Source: Bacteroidales bacterium UBA1402
Lineage (GTDB): Bacteria; Bacteroidota; Bacteroidia; Bacteroidales; UBA1402
Assembly: GCA_002305085.1 (NCBI GenBank)
Contig: DBQE01000003.1
Span: forward strand, 5,826 to 69,825
DNA: 64,000 nucleotides
Direction: 5' to 3'
Both the position numbers and the translations under genes were made by a program. Shown piece after piece: positions 18,459 to 27,946 of the stretch (its first letter is position 1; each line of letters opens with the position of its first letter). The notes under the pieces are model-generated. The model had not been told where the DNA came from and did not search any database. It worked only from the letters and a program-made list of their open reading frames with translations.

Positions 18459-19574
18459 CTATTTATGATGAGTGACGATGAGGGCAATGATTCGCTCCAA
18501 ATCCTCCCTGGATAGGTCATGATGCATGGGGAGGCAAATAACCTCATCCGCCATTTTGGTTGCATTCGGCAGGTTTTCCTTGGAAGCGGACTTCAAACCT
18601 CGATAAGTAGGGAAAGTACTGATTAGCGGGTAAAAATAACGCCGTCCAAATATATTCTTCTCCCTCATTTTAAAATACAGCTCATCCCGAGACATACCAT
18701 ACTGTTGGGCATCAACAAATATAGGAAAATAGGAATAGTTGTACGTAATATCTTCTCGTTCTTTCATATAACGTATGCCAGGCGCATTTAGCAAGTGACT
18801 CTGATAAAACCTAGCCACCTCTTTTCTTTTCTGGATGGCCGCATCCACTTGTTTAAGGTTCAACAATCCGTAAGCTGCACGCACCTCGTCCATTTTAGAA
18901 TTGATGCCCGGTGCAACCACCTCGGTTTCTCCCGCAAAACCAAAATTTTTCAAATAATCAATTCGTTTCTTGGTTTCAGAATCACGACAAATTAACGCTC
19001 CTCCTTCGATGGTGTTGTATGTTTTAGTGGCATGAAAACTCAGAGTACTCATGTCGCCCGCTTCCAAAATACTGTGACCATCAACCTTTACACCAAAAGC
19101 ATGGGCCGCATCGTAAAGAACTTTCAAGCCATACTTATTGGCAATGGCTTGTATTTTTTCTGTCTCACAAGGATTGCCATAGACGTGAACGGGCATGATG
19201 GCCGTGGTACGGGGTGTGATAGCAGCTTCGATGAGATCGGGATCAAGATTACCGGTCATTGGGTCCACGTCAACAAACACCGGTTTGTTGCCATTCCACC
19301 AAATAGCGTGAGTGGTTGCCACAAAGCTGTATGGTGTCGTTATGACCTCGCCGGTAATACGCAGAGCCTGCAGGGCGGTTATCAGGGGCAGAGTACCGTT
19401 TGTAAATGCACTAATGAATCTTACACCCAGGTAATCGCACAAAGCTTGCTCCAATTGCTTATGAAAATTGCCATTGTTGGTAATCCATTTGCTTTCCCAT
19501 ATTTTTTCCAAATAAGGCATGAAGTCTTCCAAAGACGGAAGCAAAGGTGACGTGACCGTAATTTTTTTATCCAT
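18459..19574 (-). CDS. DegT/DnrJ/EryC1/StrS family sugar aminotransferase
   Basis: 371 aa with SAFTNGTLPLITAL and LSFHATKTYNTIEGG (PLP-binding Lys context). Confidence 0.85.
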   Translation of the reverse strand: MDKKITVTSPLLPSLEDFMPYLEKIWESKWITNNGNFHKQLEQALCDYLGVRFISAFTNGTLPLITALQALRITGEVITTPYSFVATTHAIWWNGNKPVFVDVDPMTGNLDPDLIEAAITPRTTAIMPVHVYGNPCETEKIQAIANKYGLKVLYDAAHAFGVKVDGHSILEAGDMSTLSFHATKTYNTIEGGALICRDSETKKRIDYLKNFGFAGETEVVAPGINSKMDEVRAAYGLLNLKQVDAAIQKRKEVARFYQSHLLNAPGIRYMKEREDITYNYSYFPIFVDAQQYGMSRDELYFKMREKNIFGRRYFYPLISTFPTYRGLKSASKENLPNATKMADEVICLPMHHDLSREDLERIIALIVTHHK

Positions 19575-21024
19575 GTTTTCTAACTTTTACAACATTCATA
19601 ACTATCGTTTTAACCTCATAATACTCCTTCAACTTAAAGTTTTCGCAAAGAACCATAAAGATAACCAAGCCTACCACCAACTGTAACGGAAGTACGACAA
19701 AGGGTGACCACGATAGAAAAGATAATCCAAAAACGATGAGTGCCGTCAACGAAGCTACACCAAACGAGGGCAGAATGTCCTTTACTTGCTCTAACGTACT
19801 GTAATTCATGCCTGCTCCAGAGTAATAACTATTCAGGTAATAGGAAATGAAACTCGTTCCAACAGAGCCCCATAACATCCATTTAATGCCTATGAAAATA
19901 CCAAGGGCAACCGGTCCAATCATTATTGTTTTTTTAATAATCTCAAGCTTTAAAAACAAGTCTGAACGCCCCTTCACCTGCAACATATTTAGGTTAATAG
20001 CTTGCAAAGGGTACAACATGCCGGAGAAACAAATGATTTGTAAGAAGGCAACAGAAGGCAACCATTTAGCACCTATTAAAACCAACACCATCGGTTTTGC
20101 GATGGCCGCCAGACCAAGCATGCAGGTGAACGACGCCAGCATGGTGGTTTTGATAATTTTCCGATAGGCTTCCCTCAATCGGTCGTTTTCGTCCTGAATA
20201 GAACTCAACACGGGATAGCTGACCCGTTGAACTACTGCGGTTAAGTTGCTGGAAAATATACTATTAAACTGTTGTGCCCTGGTATATTGGCCGAGTGATT
20301 CGGCCGTATAAAACTTTCCGATAATAAACAAATATAATTCTCGCCATATGGTATCAATCAAACCCGAGACCAGCAGCTTCCATCCAAATGAGAATAAACT
20401 TTGAAAACTTGTTTTTGAAAATTGCCAAACCGGTCGCCACCTACTGAAAAGCCATAGAAAAACAGTGTTCAATAATTGCCGTGTAATTTGCTGACCGACT
20501 AAACTCCAAACCCCAAGGCCAGACAATGCCATACCAATACCAACGATTCCACTAGAAATAGACGCAATTAAAGAGACTTTTGTCTGTGTCCTGAAATCGA
20601 TTTTTTTAACCAGAAGTGTGCGTTGAATAATTGCAAAAGCATTGATGACAACAATAACACCCATTACTCGAGTAAGAGGTATTAATTCGGGTTGATTAAA
20701 AAAATCGGCTATCAGTGGTGCGCATACATAAAGTATTGAAAACAGCACCACGCTAAGCAGTAAGTTAAAAACAAAAACGGTGTTGTAATCGGTGTTATCC
20801 GCTTCTTTTTTCCGAATAAGGGCATTTGAGAAACCACTGTCGACAATACTGTTGAAAACGGCTATGAATATGGTAATGATGCCTATCAAACCATATTCTT
20901 TTGGAGTTAGTATCCTGGCAAGTATCAGCCCAACCAGAAACGTGATGCCTGAACTGGAAATATTATCGGCAAAACTCCAACCAACACCTTTGACGGTCGT
21001 TTTTTTCAGTGAGTCGTTTGGCAT
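19567..21024 (-). CDS. wzx: Wzx-type (MOP superfamily) oligosaccharide flippase
   Basis: 485 aa and polytopic. The N-terminus KGVGWSFADNISSSGITFLVGLILARILTPKEYG is typical of polysaccharide flippases. Confidence 0.8.
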   Translation of the reverse strand: MPNDSLKKTTVKGVGWSFADNISSSGITFLVGLILARILTPKEYGLIGIITIFIAVFNSIVDSGFSNALIRKKEADNTDYNTVFVFNLLLSVVLFSILYVCAPLIADFFNQPELIPLTRVMGVIVVINAFAIIQRTLLVKKIDFRTQTKVSLIASISSGIVGIGMALSGLGVWSLVGQQITRQLLNTVFLWLFSRWRPVWQFSKTSFQSLFSFGWKLLVSGLIDTIWRELYLFIIGKFYTAESLGQYTRAQQFNSIFSSNLTAVVQRVSYPVLSSIQDENDRLREAYRKIIKTTMLASFTCMLGLAAIAKPMVLVLIGAKWLPSVAFLQIICFSGMLYPLQAINLNMLQVKGRSDLFLKLEIIKKTIMIGPVALGIFIGIKWMLWGSVGTSFISYYLNSYYSGAGMNYSTLEQVKDILPSFGVASLTALIVFGLSFLSWSPFVVLPLQLVVGLVIFMVLCENFKLKEYYEVKTIVMNVVKVRKHG

Positions 21025-21045
21025 GAAAAAGGGCTAGGATTCAAC

Positions 21046-22083
21046 TCATTTCCAATGGTTTAATTCAAGCGGTGTCCCCACCACTATATCCACCTTTGCT
21101 TTCTTACCTATTACCTCCTTCAAATACCTGGGATGCAAACCGTATCCGGGACGTATGGAACGAACATTTTCTTCGGTAAAAAGCTCGCCTGCTTTGATGT
21201 CTTTTACTGCAAACAGGGAACGTGAGAATTTGCGGTTGTCTTTGGCTTTTTCGGTCAGTTCGTACGTTGGCTTGCCAAGGGCTTTTTCGGCTTGGCGCAC
21301 GGCTGCGACCATAGCGGTAAATTCCTTTTCGTCGAGCGAAAACGAAGCATCGGGTCCGCCAATCGATTTGTCGAGAATGAAATGTTTCTCTATTACTTTT
21401 GCACCTAAAGCCACTGCAACAACAGGCGCCACAATGCCTGTGGTATGATCCGACAGGCCCACTTCTACCCCAAATCGCTTTTTAAGATCGGGCAGGGTCA
21501 ACAAGTTGGCTTCTTCGATGGGGGCCGGATAGGAAGAGGTGCATTTTAGTAAAGTAATGTTGTCGTTACCCGCATTGCGGCATGTTTGTACCGCCAATTC
21601 AATATCTTCCAACTCAGCAATACCCGTAGAGATTATCATTGGCCGCCCTTTCGATGCAGTGTATTCGATCAAAGGGATATCCTGAATTTCGAACGAGGCA
21701 ATTTTATAGTAAGGCGGGTTGAACTGCTCCAGAAAGTCCACAGCCGTTTTGTCGAATGGAGTACTAAAGCACAACAAGCCCTCTTGGGCGGCAACCTGAA
21801 ACAATTCTTCGTGCCATTCCCATGGGGTATAGGCTTCTTTGTACAAATTATACAAAGTCCTTCCTTTCCAAAGTCCTTCGCTTATCGCGAAATATTCATT
21901 GTTGCAGTCAATAGTAAGGGTATCTGCGGTATATGTTTGTAATTTTATTGAATCAGCTCCTGCTCGCTTAGCTGCGCGAATAGTTTCGATGGCTATTTTT
22001 ATGTTATGCCCGTGGTTTGCAGATAGTTCTGCAATAATAAATGTGCTATTATTGTTTACAAAATCAAATTTCATTTTAGTCAA
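21046..22083 (-). CDS. pseI: pseudaminic acid synthase (NeuB family)
   Basis: 345 aa with FIIAELSANHGHNIKIAIETIRAAKRAGADSIKLQTY and a C-terminal SAF domain. The pseB/C/F/G context assigns it to the Pse pathway rather than Neu or Leg. Confidence 0.8.
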   Translation of the reverse strand: MTKMKFDFVNNNSTFIIAELSANHGHNIKIAIETIRAAKRAGADSIKLQTYTADTLTIDCNNEYFAISEGLWKGRTLYNLYKEAYTPWEWHEELFQVAAQEGLLCFSTPFDKTAVDFLEQFNPPYYKIASFEIQDIPLIEYTASKGRPMIISTGIAELEDIELAVQTCRNAGNDNITLLKCTSSYPAPIEEANLLTLPDLKKRFGVEVGLSDHTTGIVAPVVAVALGAKVIEKHFILDKSIGGPDASFSLDEKEFTAMVAAVRQAEKALGKPTYELTEKAKDNRKFSRSLFAVKDIKAGELFTEENVRSIRPGYGLHPRYLKEVIGKKAKVDIVVGTPLELNHWK

Positions 22084-22948
22084 ATATTTCTTTAGAAATT
22101 ACTGTAATCATTGAGTCATTTCTCACTTTAATTAATTCTATTACCCCATTAGGGGTTTTAACTAAAATTGTTGGATCAGTTCTCAATATTAAGCCGTTAG
22201 GCATATCATTTTCATAACCCAATTCAGAAAAAATAATTTGGTCTATAATGATTTTTTGGTCCCTTAGCATCGTGTATGCCCCCGGATAAGGATATGCTTG
22301 TGCCCTGACCCAGTTATAAATTCGTTCTCTTTGCCAATTCCAGTTAATTTGACCATCAATCGAAGTGCGTTTGCCGAAATATGTTGCTTTGCTATGATCT
22401 TGTTTTATACACTTTAACTGATTTGTCTTAATTTGCATAATCAATTTAAATATCATTTCAGGATAAATTGTTTTGAATTCCTTTAAAATATCGGCACCTG
22501 TGTGATTTAATCCAATTTGAATAACTCTTTGTAAAACAATGTCTCCAGTATCGCACCCTTCTGCCATGATGTGGGCTGTGATCCCGGTTTCTTTCTCTCC
22601 ATTTATGATAGCCCAAACATGGGGTGTTCTTCCTCTATATTTAGGCAGTAAAGAACCATGTAGGTTAATGGCATAAAACTTGGGATGATTTAGTATATTT
22701 TTTTCAACAATAAAGAGATAGTTAACTGAAAAAATAATATCTGTTTTAAATTTTTTTAAAAATTCAGAAGGATCTTTCTTTCGAGGATTACCAATAAAAA
22801 TTGGAATCCCATTATTCGTCGCAAATTCAATGATTCCATCCGAATGATTATCTGTGAAGATAAATTGTGGAATAAATTCTCGGGATAAAAATTTTAAAGT
22901 ATTTAAACCAAGCTCACCTGAACAAAGAAAACCTATTGCGAATATCAT
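22076..22948 (-). CDS. formyltransferase family protein (Fmt/ArnA-N-like), probable sugar N-formyltransferase
   Basis: 290 aa with the formyl-transferase signature NLHGSLLPKYRG followed by an Fmt-like C-terminal domain. It overlaps pseG and pseI at both ends. Confidence 0.7.
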   Translation of the reverse strand: MIFAIGFLCSGELGLNTLKFLSREFIPQFIFTDNHSDGIIEFATNNGIPIFIGNPRKKDPSEFLKKFKTDIIFSVNYLFIVEKNILNHPKFYAINLHGSLLPKYRGRTPHVWAIINGEKETGITAHIMAEGCDTGDIVLQRVIQIGLNHTGADILKEFKTIYPEMIFKLIMQIKTNQLKCIKQDHSKATYFGKRTSIDGQINWNWQRERIYNWVRAQAYPYPGAYTMLRDQKIIIDQIIFSELGYENDMPNGLILRTDPTILVKTPNGVIELIKVRNDSMITVISKEIFD

Positions 22949-23913
22949 AATCCTTGTATTTCTTTTAATAAACGTTTCGGCGAGTGCTTATCCATTAGCT
23001 TTTTTTGTTTTGCAATAATTAATTTACTATAGTATGTTGATTTAATAAGACTTAAACTTTCAGCCATCAACGTTTCATCCAAATTATTTAAATCACCAAT
23101 ACAAATGGATAGTTTGCTCTTTTTGATTCCATTATATATGTATTTTTGGTTATCTACATAATATCCACATATAAATGGCAATTGCCTGGCACAAGCCTCA
23201 ATGGCAACAGTACTTGCCGGGAAAATTCCAAATTCCGATTTATCCATTAAATCCGAGATTTCAAGTGCATTCAAACGGCTAAACCAAAGTACTTCCGGAG
23301 CTTCAGGTTTTGAGGCTGAAACAACTGCAACAGGTTTCTCTAAATTATTTTCCTTGAGTATTTGTATGAATTTCTTGCTTAAATTAAATGGATCGGCGCT
23401 GCCCATTATCAGAAGGCAGGAATATTGTTTTTCGTATTTCCCGACGGGACGGCGGAATTCTTTTCGAATCAATGCGTGTTGAAAACCAAGCAGGAGCTTG
23501 GTATACGATTCTTTCGAATAACAATTGGAATTAATTCCTTCGGCATGGTTTATAACGATATCGGCCACAAAGTGTTTATCGTGCATATCGTCGATACATA
23601 CCAGTTTGCAGCCTTTACTTTTTATGGCTTCTTGGTATTCGGTGGTGTAGTAGTAGTTGTCTAAAACTACGATTTCATTGCCCTGTAAATATTCCAGAAA
23701 GCGGTCGAAGTGCGAATCGTCGGCGGGTAAATCGATCTGACCGGAGCATACCTTCCCGATTTCTGAAGTTTGGTATTCCGTTGGTTGGCGTGTGGCAAAA
23801 ACACAATAAAAATGTTCGTTCAGCATCTCTGCCAGTGCAAGAGTACGGGTAAAATGCCCCATGCCAATGGTAGTACTGCCGTCGACACGGAATACGATCG
23901 TTCTTTTAGCCAC
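22945..23913 (-). CDS. pseG: UDP-2,4-diacetamido-2,4,6-trideoxy-beta-L-altropyranose hydrolase
   Basis: 322 aa with an IVFRVDGSTTIGMGHFTRTLALAEML N-terminus typical of PseG. Its position in the pse block supports the call. Confidence 0.75.
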   Translation of the reverse strand: MAKRTIVFRVDGSTTIGMGHFTRTLALAEMLNEHFYCVFATRQPTEYQTSEIGKVCSGQIDLPADDSHFDRFLEYLQGNEIVVLDNYYYTTEYQEAIKSKGCKLVCIDDMHDKHFVADIVINHAEGINSNCYSKESYTKLLLGFQHALIRKEFRRPVGKYEKQYSCLLIMGSADPFNLSKKFIQILKENNLEKPVAVVSASKPEAPEVLWFSRLNALEISDLMDKSEFGIFPASTVAIEACARQLPFICGYYVDNQKYIYNGIKKSKLSICIGDLNNLDETLMAESLSLIKSTYYSKLIIAKQKKLMDKHSPKRLLKEIQGL

Positions 23914-24595
23914 CGGTTAAATGGTATTTTAATTCAGCCAATTTCCAGTCGAGTTCATTGTCGATGTCCTGAACTTCCATTTCTGTCAATACAATCGCGC
24001 CTCCATTTTTACAAAACAATGTTTTCTGACCAAGCAGGGCGTCGGTTTTTACCCAATAAAACGATCCGGAATCGTGGTATGCCGGTTTTAAATCCTGACT
24101 TCGTGTTGTTAGGTGTTCCGGCCAGATCATTTTTAGTTTTTTATTGTCATCAAATTCCAGGGCCCTTAAAATGGGATAGGAAAATGCCACCACAGCCAAA
24201 ACCGATTCTAAGTTTTCACGAATAAATTTATCGTATGCTTCTCTAAGCCGTTTACCGGAGGTTAATGGCGATGTCGGTAAAATACAACAGATGTTTTCGA
24301 ACAATTTCCCATCCGATTTATATCGATCGATCACTTCGACGATAACGTCTGTCAAAGTGGCAAAATCACCGGCGTTTTCTTTGGAGCGAATAAATGGGAC
24401 GTTTGCTCCATACTGCATTGCTATTAATGCAATTTTTTCGTCATCGGTCGAAACCATCACTTCGTCAAACAAGCGGGATTTTAATGCAAGCTCAATAGAA
24501 TAGGCAATAATAGGCTTCCCAAGAAATTCTTTACTGTTTTTCCCCGGAATACGTTTACTACCTCCCCTGGCAGGAATAATGGCGATGTTTTTCAC
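23906..24595 (-). CDS. pseF: pseudaminic acid cytidylyltransferase
   Basis: 229 aa with NIAIIPARGGSKRIPGKN, the CMP-sugar synthetase motif. Confidence 0.8.
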   Translation of the reverse strand: MKNIAIIPARGGSKRIPGKNSKEFLGKPIIAYSIELALKSRLFDEVMVSTDDEKIALIAMQYGANVPFIRSKENAGDFATLTDVIVEVIDRYKSDGKLFENICCILPTSPLTSGKRLREAYDKFIRENLESVLAVVAFSYPILRALEFDDNKKLKMIWPEHLTTRSQDLKPAYHDSGSFYWVKTDALLGQKTLFCKNGGAIVLTEMEVQDIDNELDWKLAELKYHLTGG

Positions 24596-25797
24596 TTTGT
24601 GTAAAAATGGTCGATGGTTTCTATTACATACTTTTGTTCCTCGTTGCTCAAAGTCGGAAACATAGGCAAGCTAATGCAATGCTTATAATAATTCTCAGCA
24701 AGGGGCAAATCGCCTTCTTTGTATCCCAAGCGGCGGTAATAAGGCATCAGGTGTGCAGGGATATAATGTATCTGCGAATATATACTGTTGTTTCTAAGAT
24801 GGTTGTACAAATTTAAACGATCGTCTGCTTCTATCACGTATAAATGATAAGCATGGCCGTCGATTAGTCCGGACTGGCCCTTTATATAGGTTTTATTTCG
24901 AAAAGAATCATTGTATATTTTTGCAATTTCTCTCCTTCTTTCCAAACCTTCGTCTGCTCTTTTTAATTGACTGTTTCCTAAGGCAGCCTGGATATCTGTT
25001 AAACGATAATTGTATCCTAATTCCTGCATTTCCATATACCAACCGGGATAAGCCGGTTCGGCGCTACATCCTCCCGTGGCAAATTCAATACTGTTTTCGT
25101 AGTGGAATACAGTTTCATTTTTAGTTATGCCATGCGTTCTGTAAAGGAGTAGTTTGTTATAAAGGTTCTCGTCGTTGGTGGTAATCATACCCCCCTCGCC
25201 ACAAGCAATATGCTTAACCGGATGGAAAGAAAAAATGGCCAGGTCGGCGTATCTTCCATTGCCACAAAATTGCTTTGCATTCCCGGAATCTATGAAATAC
25301 CCGCCGGGAGCGTGGCAGGCATCTTCCAGTATCCATAAACCGTATTCGTCTGCCAGTCTTCTGAATTCCTCTAAATGTACGGCTCTACCGGCAAAATCGA
25401 CGGGGATAATGCCCTGATATGTCCCTTTGGGCGAACTTTCCAGAATTTTTCTTACTGAGTTTATATCGAGTAGATAAGTAAGCGGATCGATATCGGCAAA
25501 AACCACCTCGCCCCCGCAATAACGTACACAATTGGCCGATGCAACAAATGTAATGGGCGTGGTTATAACCTTAGCGCCCGGTTTTACACCCAAGGCTATG
25601 GCAGAAAGATGCAGTGCTGCGGTACCGTTCGAAACTGCAACAGCGTATTTACAGCCTATGTAGCCGGCAAAATTCTCTTCGAACTCTCTGATCCTTGGCC
25701 CTTGAGTCAGGTAATCGGAAAGAAGGGCTTCCTTCACGGCCTGAACATCGGCTCCGGTAATGTGTTGCCGTCCGTATGGAATTGATTTTTGTATCAT
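24592..25797 (-). CDS. pseC: UDP-4-amino-4,6-dideoxy-N-acetyl-beta-L-altrosamine transaminase
   Basis: ORF 24592..25863 trimmed to the ATG at 25797 (MIQKSIPYGRQHITGADVQAVKEALLSDYLTQGP). That ATG overlaps the pseB stop by 1 nt. FSFHPVKHIACGEGG is the PLP Lys context. Confidence 0.85.
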   Translation of the reverse strand: MIQKSIPYGRQHITGADVQAVKEALLSDYLTQGPRIREFEENFAGYIGCKYAVAVSNGTAALHLSAIALGVKPGAKVITTPITFVASANCVRYCGGEVVFADIDPLTYLLDINSVRKILESSPKGTYQGIIPVDFAGRAVHLEEFRRLADEYGLWILEDACHAPGGYFIDSGNAKQFCGNGRYADLAIFSFHPVKHIACGEGGMITTNDENLYNKLLLYRTHGITKNETVFHYENSIEFATGGCSAEPAYPGWYMEMQELGYNYRLTDIQAALGNSQLKRADEGLERRREIAKIYNDSFRNKTYIKGQSGLIDGHAYHLYVIEADDRLNLYNHLRNNSIYSQIHYIPAHLMPYYRRLGYKEGDLPLAENYYKHCISLPMFPTLSNEEQKYVIETIDHFYTK

Positions 25798-26816
25798 TAT
25801 ACCTGAAAATCCGGATCTACATGCTCTTTGATTTTTGCACGTAGTGAGTCTGTGGTCTCCCATTCCTTGTTTTCTCCGGAATTATAACAGAAGCCTTCGG
25901 CTACCTTTTTCGCATTGAAACAGGCAATGTATTCATCTAAATTCCAAATGGGTTGCTGTGGCAGTATGGTATAGTATGTCCCCAAATCGTAAGTATGAAA
26001 CGAATCGGAAGCGCTTATCATTTCTTCGTGAATTTTTTCGCCCGCCCGCATACCAACAACCTTGTGCTCGCACTCGGGAGCGATTGCTTCGGCAAGATCC
26101 ATTATCCGGTAAGACGGAATTTTTGGAATGAAAATTTCGCCTCCCCAGGCATTTTCCAGAGCGTACAACACCATATCGACACCGTCTTGAATGGGTATAT
26201 TAAATCTGGTCATATTGGGTTCGGTGATTGGAATAATACCACCCTTTTTCTTTATTTCTATAAAAAAAGGCATAACCGAACCTTTGGAGCCCATCACATT
26301 TCCATACCTGACTACGGAAAACTTAATCGGATTACTCCCTTTGATATTGTTGGCGGCAATAAATAATTTATCGGAAGCCAGTTTTGTTGCCCCGTAGAGA
26401 TTGATTGGAGCACAGGCTTTGTCTGTGGAAAGAGCCACCACGCTTTTGACGTTTGTCGCCAAACAGGCATCGATTACATTTTGTGCTCCTCCAATATTGG
26501 TTTTTACACATTCGGTCGGGTTGTACTCTGCTATATGAACGTGTTTCATGGCAGCCGCGTGAATAACAAAGTCTATACCGCTCAACGCTCTGACAAGGCG
26601 TTCCTTATCGCGGACATCACCAATAAAAAAGCGGATTGCAGGGTATTGGGAATGAGGATATTCCCGATCCATGACAAACTGTTTTTGCTCATCACGCGAA
26701 TAGATTACCAATCTTTTTACATTCGGCCATTTGTTGAAAATAGTCTTAGTCAAAGCTTTCCCCAATGACCCTGTACCTCCGGTAATAAGTATACTTTTGC
26801 CGTTTAGATCCAACAT
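25797..26816 (-). CDS. pseB: UDP-N-acetylglucosamine 4,6-dehydratase (inverting)
   Basis: ORF trimmed to the ATG at 26816 (MLDLNGKSILITGGTGSLGK). It matches remembered FlaA1/PseB along its length: YSRDE.KQ, FFIGDVRD.ERL, HAAA.KHV.IAEYNP.EC.KTN, NLYGATKL.SDKLF, VVRYGNV.GS.GSV.PFF. Confidence 0.9.
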   Translation of the reverse strand: MLDLNGKSILITGGTGSLGKALTKTIFNKWPNVKRLVIYSRDEQKQFVMDREYPHSQYPAIRFFIGDVRDKERLVRALSGIDFVIHAAAMKHVHIAEYNPTECVKTNIGGAQNVIDACLATNVKSVVALSTDKACAPINLYGATKLASDKLFIAANNIKGSNPIKFSVVRYGNVMGSKGSVMPFFIEIKKKGGIIPITEPNMTRFNIPIQDGVDMVLYALENAWGGEIFIPKIPSYRIMDLAEAIAPECEHKVVGMRAGEKIHEEMISASDSFHTYDLGTYYTILPQQPIWNLDEYIACFNAKKVAEGFCYNSGENKEWETTDSLRAKIKEHVDPDFQV

Positions 26817-26827
26817 TTCTTTATAGT

Positions 26828-27946
26828 TTAGGCTTCCTCCCATTTCTTCCTCAAGCTCAAAAAATAGGTTTTCCCATAAACAAGCCCGCATCCCACTACT
26901 CCTCCCAAAAACACCCAAATCACCAAGATTTTCACTCTGCTCGGCTTAGACCTCTCTGTTGGTACCGTTACCGGCTCCACGATGGTGAACACCGGCGTAT
27001 CTTTCTTTACCTGGATCTTGGCCTGTTCCAGTTGACTGGCCAATTGCTGATATACGCTATTGGCTATGGTCATTCGGGTTTGTACTTTCTGCAGTTCTAC
27101 CTGAGGCACCCGGCTGGTCAGGTCCTTGTATTGATCGGAGAGGGTGGCAAATTCCACTTGTTGCCTTTCGGCTTCCTCTTTGGCGGCGTCGTAGCGTTCC
27201 TGGATAAAATCGAGCTCTGCCTGCGATTTCTCCACCTTATAGGCAATGATATAGCTCTGCAATAAGTTTTGGGCTTTTTGCGCCATTTCGGCGGCTGCCA
27301 ATGCTTCGGGCATGCTGACAGTCAACGTCAAGTAGCCTTCTTTCTTATCTACCGTCAGACTGATTTTTTCGCTGAATCTCTTCTTAAATTCAAATTCTTC
27401 CTTGCTCATAGCGATCGGCTTATCGCTCATATCTCCGGGTAAGACCAATTCTTCGGGCGCTTTGCGCAAAGCAGACAGCAACACACCGGGCAAACCTATG
27501 GTGTACTTCTTTACCACACCCAACACCGAGGGTTTTTTCACTTCGGTAGAATACTCAAAGTACGATACCACCGTATCTACTTTACTGAAATGCAGAGGGG
27601 TATGCATCAATTCGAGCATATAAGGCACCGATTGCACAATCTGGGGATAAATAATGGGCGAAAGTTCCGCGCTTTCGGCCATACCCAGATCCACTCCGGC
27701 CAGGGAGGCCAAACCGCTCAATTGAGAGCCTTTACCTCCGCTCATTTGGGGTACCAACACCGTTCTGACAGTGAATTCTTTGGGGGTCAACAAGGCAATC
27801 AACACACCCAACACGGCAGCTATACCGGTGGCTATCAGGATGGTTTTGCGGCCGTTCCAAAGGGTTTTGGCAACGGCCATCAGGTCTATTTCGCCCTCGG
27901 CCTGCTGAGGCAGGGAATCCGGGCGGGCTTCTTCGACGGTACTCAT
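26828..27946 (-). CDS. Wzz-type chain-length determinant protein (no kinase domain)
   Basis: 372 aa with an N-terminal TM (ILIATGIAAVLGVLIALL), a long coiled-coil-like middle and a C-terminal TM (ILVIWVFLGGVVGCGLVYG). Confidence 0.7.
   Translation of the reverse strand: MSTVEEARPDSLPQQAEGEIDLMAVAKTLWNGRKTILIATGIAAVLGVLIALLTPKEFTVRTVLVPQMSGGKGSQLSGLASLAGVDLGMAESAELSPIIYPQIVQSVPYMLELMHTPLHFSKVDTVVSYFEYSTEVKKPSVLGVVKKYTIGLPGVLLSALRKAPEELVLPGDMSDKPIAMSKEEFEFKKRFSEKISLTVDKKEGYLTLTVSMPEALAAAEMAQKAQNLLQSYIIAYKVEKSQAELDFIQERYDAAKEEAERQQVEFATLSDQYKDLTSRVPQVELQKVQTRMTIANSVYQQLASQLEQAKIQVKKDTPVFTIVEPVTVPTERSKPSRVKILVIWVFLGGVVGCGLVYGKTYFLSLRKKWEEA

Noticed and set aside
25798-26918. N-terminal extensions in the ORF track (pseC to 25863, pseB to 26918; also 1768, 5875, 18565, 52895, 62600)
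   Set aside because: In each case an internal ATG reproduces the canonical family N-terminus and removes an overlap with the upstream gene or regulatory element. The extended parts look non-coding.
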